16,848 nt of DNA from Promethearchaeota archaeon (lineage in GTDB: Archaea > Asgardarchaeota > Lokiarchaeia > Sigyniarchaeales > SOKP01): positions 1-16,848 of the forward strand of contig JAFGGO010000075.1 of the NCBI GenBank assembly GCA_016930515.1, written 5' to 3'. A program made the position numbers and the translations under genes. How positions within the stretch are numbered: the first letter of the stretch is position 1; every line of letters starts with the position of its first letter. Shown here piece after piece: positions 1 through 8,053 of the stretch. The notes beneath the pieces are model-generated. The model was not told the origin of the DNA, did no database searches, and worked only from the letters and a program-made list of their open reading frames with translations.

Positions 1-183
1 AATAAAAAATATTTGATTATAGGGATGATACAAGCATTTAAATGAAGTCCAGATTTGTCAAGAAATCTTTCAACTATGAATTTACACTAGCAACACAATT
101 CCGCGTATTTAGAAAAAAGTTAACATTCCTAAAGAGCGTATCTTGAATTATTTTAACTCGTTTGAAGTGCTGGTTGATCTTAT

Positions 184-552
184 TTAAATTAATTTAGCAA
201 TCTTCTCGCAAGTTCGCTTTGCGTCGAGTAAAATCAAACCAAGCCGAATGTCAATGGTTGTGGAGACGGTTAAAACCGCATTCCTTCCCGCGCTTAATAC
301 GATAAGATACCCATCAGAACCCTTGATGTATATCTCCTGAAAATCACCCTTGCTCATTTCATGAATTGCTCTCTCGGCGAGGGAGAGAATGGCAGCAGTC
401 ATTGCAGCAACGCGAGTTTCATCCACATCTGCGGCTAAAGCCGACGAAATTGGCAATCCCTCCACGGAAACGATAGCAGCAGCCGTGACCTCCGGCATAG
501 TCGATAATAATTTTCTTAATAGAACATCGAGAGTTTCTGGCGTATCTGACAT
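184..552 (-). CDS. Roadblock/LC7 (MglB/LAMTOR2-like) domain protein
   Basis: 122 aa with the typical roadblock pattern 'AAAIVSVEGLPISS...DETRVAAMTAAILSLAERAIHEM.KG...IYIKG.DGYLIV..AG..AVLTV...LGLILLD'; GAGGAG ribosome-binding motif upstream. Confidence 0.93.
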   Translation of the reverse strand: MSDTPETLDVLLRKLLSTMPEVTAAAIVSVEGLPISSALAADVDETRVAAMTAAILSLAERAIHEMSKGDFQEIYIKGSDGYLIVLSAGRNAVLTVSTTIDIRLGLILLDAKRTCEKIAKLI

Positions 553-563
553 GTTTTTATTTT

Positions 564-569
564 CTCCTC
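564..569 (-). promoter_or_regulatory. Shine-Dalgarno-like site of the roadblock gene
   Basis: Minus strand reads TGAGGAG-aaaataaaaac-ATG; GAGGAG lies 11 nt before the start at 552 in an otherwise very AT-rich region. Confidence 0.55.
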
Positions 570-748
570 AATTTTACTTAGTTACGCAAAATATTTTTAA
601 TATATCTTATAATTGAAATTTTTTATTTATATTTTTTTTTATTTAGGAAACATGTTGCTGAATTATTGATAAAAAATATGAAAAACCTTCGATAAATAAC
701 TTATTTTTTTTAGGAAATTAATTATCGATTTATTTAAAATCGTCAAAA

Positions 749-2305
749 TTATTTAAAATAACGTTCAATGATGGGGTCCGTATTTTCTAAAAAGACATTA
801 ATTTTACCCTTAAAATGTGTTAATTCGTATTCAAATTCTCTTTCAAATGTTTTCATAAATATTTCCATTTTTTTATACAATATAGGTAAAGATCTTGTAG
901 ATATTAGGGCTATATTCACGTGTTTTCCATAAGAAAACAAAATTTTTGAGTTTTCCTTGTCTATTATTCTCAAGTTCTTTTTTTCGTTAGTTATTTCCGA
1001 GATCAAGGCCATAATTCCCGTTAAACCGCTAGTAATCAAGTCTTCTGAAGGTAAGTGATCTATCTCGGATGAATCCGTGAAATCCTTATAATATAAACAA
1101 ATAGAATTTTTGTTAAATATATAGATACTTTTTATTGTATCGGCCCAATCTGCTTCTTTTGCGGATAAAATTTCTGGGAAAGGCATCATGAATAATATCA
1201 TTACTATTAACAAGAAAATATTAAATCTGTTTTTTATTTCAACGAACCACGCCAGCGATGGGTGAAGCTGGGATATTTCCGTAAATAATCCTTTTACTAA
1301 ACCCCCGCAGCATATGGCTATGATAAATAATAGTAAAAAAACGCAAAATATTTGCCCTCTATACCTAATGGCATTTCTTTTCGTGGTAAAATCTCCTGTG
1401 AAAGTAAAAAGAACTACAATACAAAATGGGATCGTTATACCAATTAAAAAATCTGAAAATAATGATCCAAATATTCCTTCAAATACAATTATCACGGCCG
1501 CATTAAATAGTCCAGCAGAGAAACACCATTTACGACCATTATTATCTAGTGAAATTCCCGTTAAAATTAAGAACAACACAAAAAGTGCCAAATACAAAAC
1601 TGAAGAAGAGAAAAAATTAAAAGATAATGGATATGAATACCCTAAAATAAAACCCAACATTGTAAATGAAAATAAATAGCCTTTAATGGGTTTTTGGAAC
1701 ACCAATTCTCGTAACTTTAAGTTTGATGCTAATCTTTCCTTAGTTTCTATATATGAATATTCTTTTACGATATATAAATAGTTAAAGAGCACATAGCAGA
1801 GTTCTACTCCAACTATGGCCCAAAGGTTTTGTGCTGTTATCGTAAAAACAACGGAAGCAATTATTAGAGCAAATCCAAATAAATAACCTGTTAATCTTCC
1901 TCGATTCAATATAGTTGATTCGTGGATAATGACCGTTTGTAAATTAGTGATATATATAGTAGATGCAAAAATGATCAACATTGCTCCAATAACTTGAAAG
2001 TGTGCTTCTTGAAGCGCTGCAATAATATCACCAATTAGTATGATTATAGACACGATTACTAGTAGATTCATTCGATTTTTAGAAAAATCAACTATCAAAC
2101 CAGCAAAGATAATAGATATTAATAAGGTTATGAGAATTAAAACTATAGTTAAGATGTTTAAATTTAGAAAAATCAAGAATAGTACGGTTTCAATAGATAG
2201 TGTATAAAAGAAAAAGCCCGCCAAAAAATAGAAAAATCCCTTTGCCGTAATGTCGACATCTCGCAAGAGCACGTCGTGCAATAAGAATTTTAATGATTTT
2301 TTCAT
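749..2305 (-). CDS. MFS-fold 12-TM membrane protein fused to a C-terminal longin-like domain
   Basis: About 12 hydrophobic segments in a 6+6 arrangement with a central loop; MFS motif A-like 'GLIVDFSKNR' after TM2 and 'GISLDNNGRK' after TM8; 'NRGRLTG' and 'RYRG' before TM5 and TM11. The soluble last ~130 aa ('SIYIFNKNSICLYYKDF...EDLITSGLTGIMALISEIT...LRIIDKENSKILFSYGKHVNIALIS...FMKTFEREF') have the longin beta-beta-alpha-beta-beta-beta-alpha pattern common in Asgard proteins. Confidence 0.82.
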   Translation of the reverse strand: MKKSLKFLLHDVLLRDVDITAKGFFYFLAGFFFYTLSIETVLFLIFLNLNILTIVLILITLLISIIFAGLIVDFSKNRMNLLVIVSIIILIGDIIAALQEAHFQVIGAMLIIFASTIYITNLQTVIIHESTILNRGRLTGYLFGFALIIASVVFTITAQNLWAIVGVELCYVLFNYLYIVKEYSYIETKERLASNLKLRELVFQKPIKGYLFSFTMLGFILGYSYPLSFNFFSSSVLYLALFVLFLILTGISLDNNGRKWCFSAGLFNAAVIIVFEGIFGSLFSDFLIGITIPFCIVVLFTFTGDFTTKRNAIRYRGQIFCVFLLLFIIAICCGGLVKGLFTEISQLHPSLAWFVEIKNRFNIFLLIVMILFMMPFPEILSAKEADWADTIKSIYIFNKNSICLYYKDFTDSSEIDHLPSEDLITSGLTGIMALISEITNEKKNLRIIDKENSKILFSYGKHVNIALISTRSLPILYKKMEIFMKTFEREFEYELTHFKGKINVFLENTDPIIERYFK

Positions 2306-2475
2306 TTCAACCGCAGATTCTTTACATTAATAAATGAACATCGTTTAAAATTTTTTTTGGTTTTAATTGAGGCTAATCCTATATTCTTTTCGATTGTCTT
2401 TTTAACAATTTTAATAAAATCTAATAATGATTTCTTATTTTAAATATCAATATATTACCATAATTTAAGAATATC

Positions 2476-3615
2476 ATGTGGGATGTCGTAGCAATATCGT
2501 ATAAAACGGGCTTTTCGTTTTTATTCTTCATTCTCGCCATTTTAGCCGTTATAGTAGCTAGAAAAGGATATGCTTCAAAGAACATCTACGGTGGTACTTC
2601 GACTCTGATATGTGGAATTCTCTTTGGATTTTTTGGGATCTATAACTTAGTTCACGCAATTCTCCCTTATCCATTTAATGGATTTATGGTTTGGTGGGTC
2701 GGAATTATTTGCTTGATATATATGTTATATGCCCTATTAATAAATAAAACAATTAAAAAAATTGAATTAGAACAATCGCGTGATTATGAGTTTGATTCTA
2801 ATAAATTGAGTCGTTTAAAAAGATATATTGTCCTTATTCGAAAGGAAAATCCGTATCAGAAAAAAATCTCTTTAAAAATGGAAGCCATCAGGAAGAGCTT
2901 TCACTCTACTGGTCTTCTGGTTTTGATTGCATATTATGGTTTATTATTCATTCCCCCACTTACACAAATGGTTAATGAAGGGCTAATCACGTATATCACA
3001 CAAGTAGGGGCCTTCTATAGTTCCTTATGGGGCGATATTGGTTTATATCCATATGTTCCAGGGGATTTCAACGCCGTAATTGATCTCACCATGTTTGCCT
3101 TGATCGCAGCATTGTTCTTCATGATGTTATCCGATTTAATACGAATTCTTTGGGGTCCAGAATATTCTATTTTTAGCCTTTTAACCAAATCTGTATTAAG
3201 AAATAAAGAATTCAATGCATTTGGACCTCAGATTCATCTAATTTGTGGTTCGATTTTCTCTTATCTATTATATATGATGGGATTAATTCCTGCCACCTTA
3301 GCTTTTTCTGCAATAACCGTTTCCTGCTTTTCGGATGCCTTAGCAGCTTTAATAGGAAGGAAATATGGCAGGCATCAAATTACTTGTATTGGAGGAGATG
3401 TAAAATCCATAGAAGGATTTATTGCTGGAGCTGGAAGCGCATTTTTATTTGCTCTATTCTTTGTCGGACCTTTTTACGCGCTCCTAGTTGCATTAATATT
3501 CTTTCTTTTAGATTACTTTCCTATAGTGATTGCCGATAATATTCTAAATCCAATTGCAATAAGCATAGTTTTGGGTCTTGTATCGGTATTCATTCCAATT
3601 CCCATTGGATTTTAA
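2476..3615 (+). CDS. CTP-dependent polyprenol/diacylglycerol kinase-type membrane enzyme (dolichol kinase/phytol kinase/Dgk1-like, cytidylyltransferase family)
   Basis: Polytopic membrane protein with 'EAIRKSFH', 'SDLIR', 'LRNKE' and the family signature 'SDALAALIGRKYGRH...KSIEG...DNILNP'; extra ~3-TM N-terminal segment. Confidence 0.85.
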   Translation: MWDVVAISYKTGFSFLFFILAILAVIVARKGYASKNIYGGTSTLICGILFGFFGIYNLVHAILPYPFNGFMVWWVGIICLIYMLYALLINKTIKKIELEQSRDYEFDSNKLSRLKRYIVLIRKENPYQKKISLKMEAIRKSFHSTGLLVLIAYYGLLFIPPLTQMVNEGLITYITQVGAFYSSLWGDIGLYPYVPGDFNAVIDLTMFALIAALFFMMLSDLIRILWGPEYSIFSLLTKSVLRNKEFNAFGPQIHLICGSIFSYLLYMMGLIPATLAFSAITVSCFSDALAALIGRKYGRHQITCIGGDVKSIEGFIAGAGSAFLFALFFVGPFYALLVALIFFLLDYFPIVIADNILNPIAISIVLGLVSVFIPIPIGF

Positions 3616-3655
3616 AATCATTAAACCTTTAAAAAAAATACACGAAATAAAAACT

Positions 3656-4510
3656 ATGAATATGAAATTTCAGGAATTAATTAAAGACCTAAAAGGTATC
3701 AAGCTTGCAATTTTCGATTTAGATGGTGTGGTTTATCTGGGACAGACACTTATACCTAAAGCTGACGAAGTAATACAAGCTTTAAAAGACCTATCAATAA
3801 AGGTAGTTTACAATTCAAATAATTCCACGATTACTAGAGGCATGTATGTCGAAAGACTTAGGAAGTTTAATATTTCTTGCGATTATTCTGATTTTTACAC
3901 GAGCGCTTCAATTACTGCCCAAGAAATAACAGCAATAAAAAAAAAGTCAAAAATATTCGTTATTGGTGAAAATGGCTTGAGAGAGGAACTCAAGGCTCTT
4001 GGGCACGATGTTGTCATAAAACCTTCAAAATCCCAATACAAAGAAATAGATTTCGTCGTCGTTGGGTTAGATCTTCATTTCAATTACGCAAACCTTGCGT
4101 TGGCACAAAGATGTATATTAGAGGGAGGTGCAAGATTTTACGCCACAAACTCAGATACCACGCTTCCTGTATCCGATGGATTAATGCCTGGTGCTGGTGT
4201 GATGGTTAATGCTGTAACGACATGTACGGGTCAAGAACCAATTAGAATTTTTGGAAAACCTCAACCAGATGGTATTAACCTGATAGTCAAGGATATAAGC
4301 GTTAAACCAGAAGAAGCAATTATATTTGGAGATAGACTCGAGACGGATATTTTAGCGGGAAATCGTGCGGGAATCAAAACTGCGCTTGTACTAACAGGTG
4401 TGAGTAACCTTGAAATGATTTCCACCTTGGAAAAGGATAATAATGCAGATAAAAAGTTACTTCCTAACTTTATATTTACTTCCCTAACAGAGATTTTTAA
4501 ACACGAATGA
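3656..4510 (+). CDS. HAD-superfamily subfamily IIA phosphatase (NagD-like)
   Basis: Motif I 'FDLDGV', motif II 'SNNS', cap 'ATNSD...PGAG', motif III 'GKP', motif IV 'GDRLETDILAG', 'LVLTGV'. Start moved from TTG 3578 (overlaps the upstream gene) to ATG 3656; ATG 3662 is an alternative. Confidence 0.93.
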   Translation: MNMKFQELIKDLKGIKLAIFDLDGVVYLGQTLIPKADEVIQALKDLSIKVVYNSNNSTITRGMYVERLRKFNISCDYSDFYTSASITAQEITAIKKKSKIFVIGENGLREELKALGHDVVIKPSKSQYKEIDFVVVGLDLHFNYANLALAQRCILEGGARFYATNSDTTLPVSDGLMPGAGVMVNAVTTCTGQEPIRIFGKPQPDGINLIVKDISVKPEEAIIFGDRLETDILAGNRAGIKTALVLTGVSNLEMISTLEKDNNADKKLLPNFIFTSLTEIFKHE

Positions 4511-4612
4511 ATTAAAGAGAATTACTATCAGAAAATAAAATTATTTAAATTTTAAACGCGATACTAATTTATTGAGGAGTATTGCTCATATCTTAAGACC
4601 CCGTGAAAAGAA

Positions 4613-5398
4613 ATGAAAGAAGTCCGCGTGAAATGTCCTATTTGTGATTACGAGAGTAGCATAAACATTCCAGAAGAAATTCTCTCTCAAAAAAAATTCG
4701 GCATTTTTAAAATAGAAGTCCCCGCTGGTGCGGCTTGTAGATCTCATAGATTTATTGTCTTCGTTGACACTAAAGGAATTGTTAGGGGTTATGAACGGAT
4801 CGATGTCTTGATGGAACACGAACAAAATATTGATGCGAGATCCAAGAATCGATCAAGCTTTCCAAGTTTGTCAGAAGCCATTAAAATTATTGGCTTGGAA
4901 CCTCTTGCTCATTTGATGCACGCAAGAATCTTTGATTACAAACGTGCGATATTGATTGATAACACATCGGACGAAATAACTGAAGTCTTGAAAATAATGG
5001 GAAATATAATTATGCCAAGAGAATATCGTGGTCATGAATCAGAAGTCAATCGTATCAAAATAGGTGAATATGATAAAGAAAAATTCAAGGATTTTTTGGT
5101 TATTGACCTTAATAAAAATATTATAAATATACCTTGGACTGGAAAAGCGAAATTTGAAGAAGAAATCATAAAAAAAGCGTTGGAAATCTTTAATCCTAAA
5201 GAGCAGCTTAAATTACTACAGAGGGACATTAAGAATTTCATTCATAGAGCAGAAAATACCAAGCTATTGATGGAGGAAGATCAGGAACAGTCTAAAAGCG
5301 ATTTAATTAGAAAAATAACTAAAGAATTAAGAATTCCAAAATTATCCAAACTTGAATTAAATTTAATTTTTGAATTCATAAAAAATCGCTATCCTTGA
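4613..5398 (+). CDS. Hypothetical protein with an N-terminal Zn-ribbon-like domain (Lokiarchaeia-type family)
   Basis: C8-x2-C11-x30-C42-x2-H45 followed by 'FIVFVDTKGIVRGYERID'; alpha/beta middle region and helical C-terminus. Confidence 0.75.
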   Translation: MKEVRVKCPICDYESSINIPEEILSQKKFGIFKIEVPAGAACRSHRFIVFVDTKGIVRGYERIDVLMEHEQNIDARSKNRSSFPSLSEAIKIIGLEPLAHLMHARIFDYKRAILIDNTSDEITEVLKIMGNIIMPREYRGHESEVNRIKIGEYDKEKFKDFLVIDLNKNIINIPWTGKAKFEEEIIKKALEIFNPKEQLKLLQRDIKNFIHRAENTKLLMEEDQEQSKSDLIRKITKELRIPKLSKLELNLIFEFIKNRYP

Positions 5399-5518
5399 TA
5401 TTTCAAGCAATATTGAACCAATTCTTGGTTTTACTTTTAAATTTATTGGTACATAAAGAAATAAAAAGCGATAATGTTATGTAAGATTTAGACATCACAA
5501 TATTAAAAAACTCCTTAA

Positions 5519-6001
5519 ATGATATTACTGGGAATAATTTTTACGCTCCTCCAAGTTGCTGATATTATTTCAACAAATATAGCTATAAAAACTGGCTGCT
5601 CGGAAGCCAATCCCTTGATCAAGGACTCCGTGGAGAGCAAGGGCTTTCCAATCTCTATAGCCTCTATTAAGATCATATTAAGCCTCTTCCTCACTATAAT
5701 GATGAGTTTATCTAACATTTTTCTTAATATCCTCGTGCTTTTTCTTGATATTGTGCTTTTAATCGTTGTTGTAAATAATATAACAAGAATTCCAGTACAA
5801 AAGAAATATAATCGTTTATTTTTTATGGAAAGCGCCACTATTGTAAAATTTACGCAATTTTGGGACGTAAGAGCGTGGGTGTCTTCTATTCATGGTCCAA
5901 CATTTAATAAAAGGCTCTCTGAGGAAGAATGGAAATTTAGGGCTTTTAAACATGTCAATATTGTTCGAAAGTGGATTAAAGCGATCCATCACGCTCCTTA
6001 A
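5519..6001 (+). CDS. DUF5658-like small membrane protein with a soluble C-terminal tail
   Basis: 'LQVADIISTNIAIKTGCSEANPLI' matches the D-x-x-(S/T)T...G-x-x-E-x-NP pattern of DUF5658; three hydrophobic segments, then an aromatic/basic tail. Confidence 0.65.
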   Translation: MILLGIIFTLLQVADIISTNIAIKTGCSEANPLIKDSVESKGFPISIASIKIILSLFLTIMMSLSNIFLNILVLFLDIVLLIVVVNNITRIPVQKKYNRLFFMESATIVKFTQFWDVRAWVSSIHGPTFNKRLSEEEWKFRAFKHVNIVRKWIKAIHHAP

Positions 6002-6021
6002 AACAAAAGAAGGGAAAAAAA
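6002..6021 (-). terminator. Putative archaeal oligo-T terminator region between convergent genes
   Basis: The minus strand directly after the 6025 stop reads TTTTTTTCCCTTCTTTTGTTT. Confidence 0.35.
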
Positions 6022-6024
6022 CTT

Positions 6025-7095
6025 TTAAATATCTTCTTTCTCGTCTTCCGCTATCCTATCAATACCAATTTTTTCGCAGTCTTTTATTAACGATTTGAAA
6101 TTTCCAGCAATATCTTTTTCAGGGTACCATGTTGACCAGTCCTTTCCCTCGCTAAATAAAATTGTTAGATGAAGGGACGGTTCACTTTCTTTTTCTTCTA
6201 CAAAAGCAAAATCTGGGTCTGATTGTCCCGATTCTATGATGCTATCGGCACTTATTAAAGAAGCTACTTTTTGAAGAATAATGTCTGTATCTGGCACTTC
6301 TTTGTGATAAATCACGAGTTCCTTGGATCCTTTGGGAATATAAGCAAAAGCAAATACATCTCCTCTTAGGACTGCAAACCTAAACTTGTCAGGAGCTAAA
6401 TAAAGACTGAAAGCATCGATTTCACCCCATTCTGGAGGTGTTTCTTCCTCTGATAAGACCTTTACACCAGATGCTTTAACTTTATTTAGAATGCTTTCAA
6501 CATCTTTTGATGGTTTATACATTAACGCTTCTCTGAAACAAGCAATGGATTGCTTCTTGCTTTTGAGTTCGCTAAGTTTTTTACTGAGCTCTTCTTCATT
6601 GATCTTTATGTCGTTAAAAAAGACTTGACCGCGCTTTCCTATTTTTAAAATTCCGATGTTTTTCTCTTTATAAATTCCTGAATGTTTCACTTCAAATACT
6701 TCTTCGGTATCGTGGTTCATACAATCGAATATTTCAAATTCAAGAACTGCTGAGGGAGAAATATCGTATATATCCTTAAATATTTTTATGGTATCTTTTG
6801 CTAATTCATAAGAAAGATTATCCGTGGAATTAACTTCGATTTCGATAGTTTTTAAAAAATTGTGTTCTGTTGGTTCAAATCCTTTTTTTTTTAATAATAT
6901 GATTTTTTCTTCGGTTAATTGGAACTCTTCGCTTAAATATTCGTTAGATACAAATTCCCATATAAAGTCGTTTTCATCTAACGAAGTAAAATCAAATTGA
7001 GCGTATACATTTTTACTCTGGTCAGCCAAAACAATGAACGCGCATTTGTTTTCTATGGCTTTTTTTAACGCTTCAACTAATAAATTTTCATCCAT
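6025..7095 (-). CDS. Acidic multidomain hypothetical protein (putative T3SS-chaperone/YbjN-like N-terminal domain, ExbD/TolR-like middle domain)
   Basis: 356-aa ORF. The N-terminal 'YAQF...WEFVSNEYL....LTEEK...L..KGF....NF' resembles TY-Chap-type domains; the middle 'LKIGKRGQVFFNDIKINEEELSKKL...V..IL..VK.SGV' resembles the ExbD/TolR soluble domain. Both domain calls are by eye. Confidence 0.6.
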   Translation of the reverse strand: MDENLLVEALKKAIENKCAFIVLADQSKNVYAQFDFTSLDENDFIWEFVSNEYLSEEFQLTEEKIILLKKKGFEPTEHNFLKTIEIEVNSTDNLSYELAKDTIKIFKDIYDISPSAVLEFEIFDCMNHDTEEVFEVKHSGIYKEKNIGILKIGKRGQVFFNDIKINEEELSKKLSELKSKKQSIACFREALMYKPSKDVESILNKVKASGVKVLSEEETPPEWGEIDAFSLYLAPDKFRFAVLRGDVFAFAYIPKGSKELVIYHKEVPDTDIILQKVASLISADSIIESGQSDPDFAFVEEKESEPSLHLTILFSEGKDWSTWYPEKDIAGNFKSLIKDCEKIGIDRIAEDEKEDI

Positions 7096-7400
7096 TTTTA
7101 ATCCTTTAAATGTAATTTATTACTTGTTCATTGAAAGAATTTTTTATGTGTTATTATATTATCGAAAAATACTTTCAACAAAACATTAAATCAATGTATT
7201 TCCAAAATGATTAAATGTTTTTAAAAAATTGGAATTAAATATCAAATATTAATAGTAATATTTAAGCTATTTTTTAATAAAAATAATTGTAATGAAATAT
7301 ATATAAGGTTCAATTTTATTTAAGATGTAATAATTCGCTTAAAACGGGATTATATTCAGAAAACTCTATTATGTCAGTATCCTTTTTTTTTGAATGAAGA

Positions 7401-7934
7401 TTATATTAAATCGTTTTTTTCCATCATAATATGTGTTAATTCTAGAAAAATATTCTCAACATTTTGACCCGTTTTAGAAGAACATTCAACATATCCGTAT
7501 AATCCGTTATTTTTTGCCATTTCAATAGCCTCTTCTGAAGAAACTGCTCTCATGTGGCTTAAATCGAGCTTGCTCCCTACCATTAATACGGGAATATGTT
7601 CCTCGTTTGCTAGTGTTCCTTGATCGACAATTCTCAGCCAATCGTCAAAATTTTTCAAGCTAGAATATCTCGTGATGTCAAACATGAATATGCCACCAGA
7701 GGCACCCATTAAATAGCTTGGGAGAAGAAATCGAAATCTATCCTCCCCCGCAAAATCCCAAATTTGTAAAGAAATTTTTTTTCCTTCAGATTCAATTTTT
7801 TTTAAATGGAAATCAACACCGATCGTTATGCCAGAATCTTCTTTAAAAATACCTGTTAAATATCTATTAAGAAGAGTGGTTTTTCCCACGCCTCCATCTC
7901 CGAAAATGCACACTTTGAATAATGCGTCCTGCAG
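7401..7934 (-). CDS. Rab-like small GTPase (Ras superfamily), probable CTG start
   Basis: G1 GDGGVGKT, G2/RabF1 TIGVDF, RabF2 LQIWD, G3 DFAGE, RabF3-5-like 'RFR', 'YLMGA', 'FDIT', G4 SKLD, G5 SSK; no C-terminal Cys. The frame extends upstream of GTG 7913 as CTG-Q-D-A-L-F-K-V, which completes strand beta1. Confidence 0.93.
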   Translation of the reverse strand: MQDALFKVCIFGDGGVGKTTLLNRYLTGIFKEDSGITIGVDFHLKKIESEGKKISLQIWDFAGEDRFRFLLPSYLMGASGGIFMFDITRYSSLKNFDDWLRIVDQGTLANEEHIPVLMVGSKLDLSHMRAVSSEEAIEMAKNNGLYGYVECSSKTGQNVENIFLELTHIMMEKNDLI

Positions 7935-7939
7935 GATAT

Positions 7940-7948
7940 ATCATCTCC
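7940..7948 (-). promoter_or_regulatory. Shine-Dalgarno site of the Rab-like gene
   Basis: GGAGATGAT (8/9 match to GGAGGTGAT) lies 5 nt upstream of CTG 7934. Confidence 0.6.
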
Positions 7949-8010
7949 AATAAAAAGAAAAGGATTATTTGAGATATCAAAAACTTATGATATAATAATA
8001 ATAAGCTATG

Positions 8011-8020
8011 TTATATAAAA
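8011..8020 (-). promoter_or_regulatory. Putative TATA box for the Rab-like gene
   Basis: TTTTATATAA on the minus strand about 80 nt upstream of the start; specificity is low in such AT-rich DNA. Confidence 0.35.
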
Positions 8021-8053
8021 TATTTAGGAATTTAATAAATGTATTACTTGCTC

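Noticed and set aside
1-183. Possible small ORF (ATG 42, 34 codons) or RNA at the window edge
   Set aside because: No SD, motif or cloverleaf/stem structure; cannot be supported.
389-616. 75-aa plus-strand ORF
   Set aside because: Antisense shadow of the roadblock gene; no motifs.
1314-1679. 121-aa plus-strand ORF
   Set aside because: K/N/I-rich antisense shadow of hydrophobic TM codons.
3015-3539. ORFs 3015-3215 (-) and 3243-3539 (+)
   Set aside because: Fully nested in the lipid kinase gene in other frames; no recognisable features.
3578-3655. TTG-started N-terminal extension of the HAD gene
   Set aside because: Overlaps the upstream CDS; ATG 3656/3662 gives a normal HAD-IIA N-terminus.
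4574-4579. GAGGAG SD-like motif before the Zn-ribbon gene
   Set aside because: More than 30 nt from ATG 4613, with an in-frame stop at 4604; the nearby TTG opens only four codons.
4586-6098. ORFs 4586-4825 (-), 5032-5241 (-), 5515-5838 (-), 5892-6098 (+)
   Set aside because: Overlap better-supported genes; shadow ORFs.
7096-7400. 305-bp very AT-rich intergenic region as possible ncRNA, origin or repeat array
   Set aside because: No regular repeats, GC-rich stems or ORB-like G-string motifs visible.
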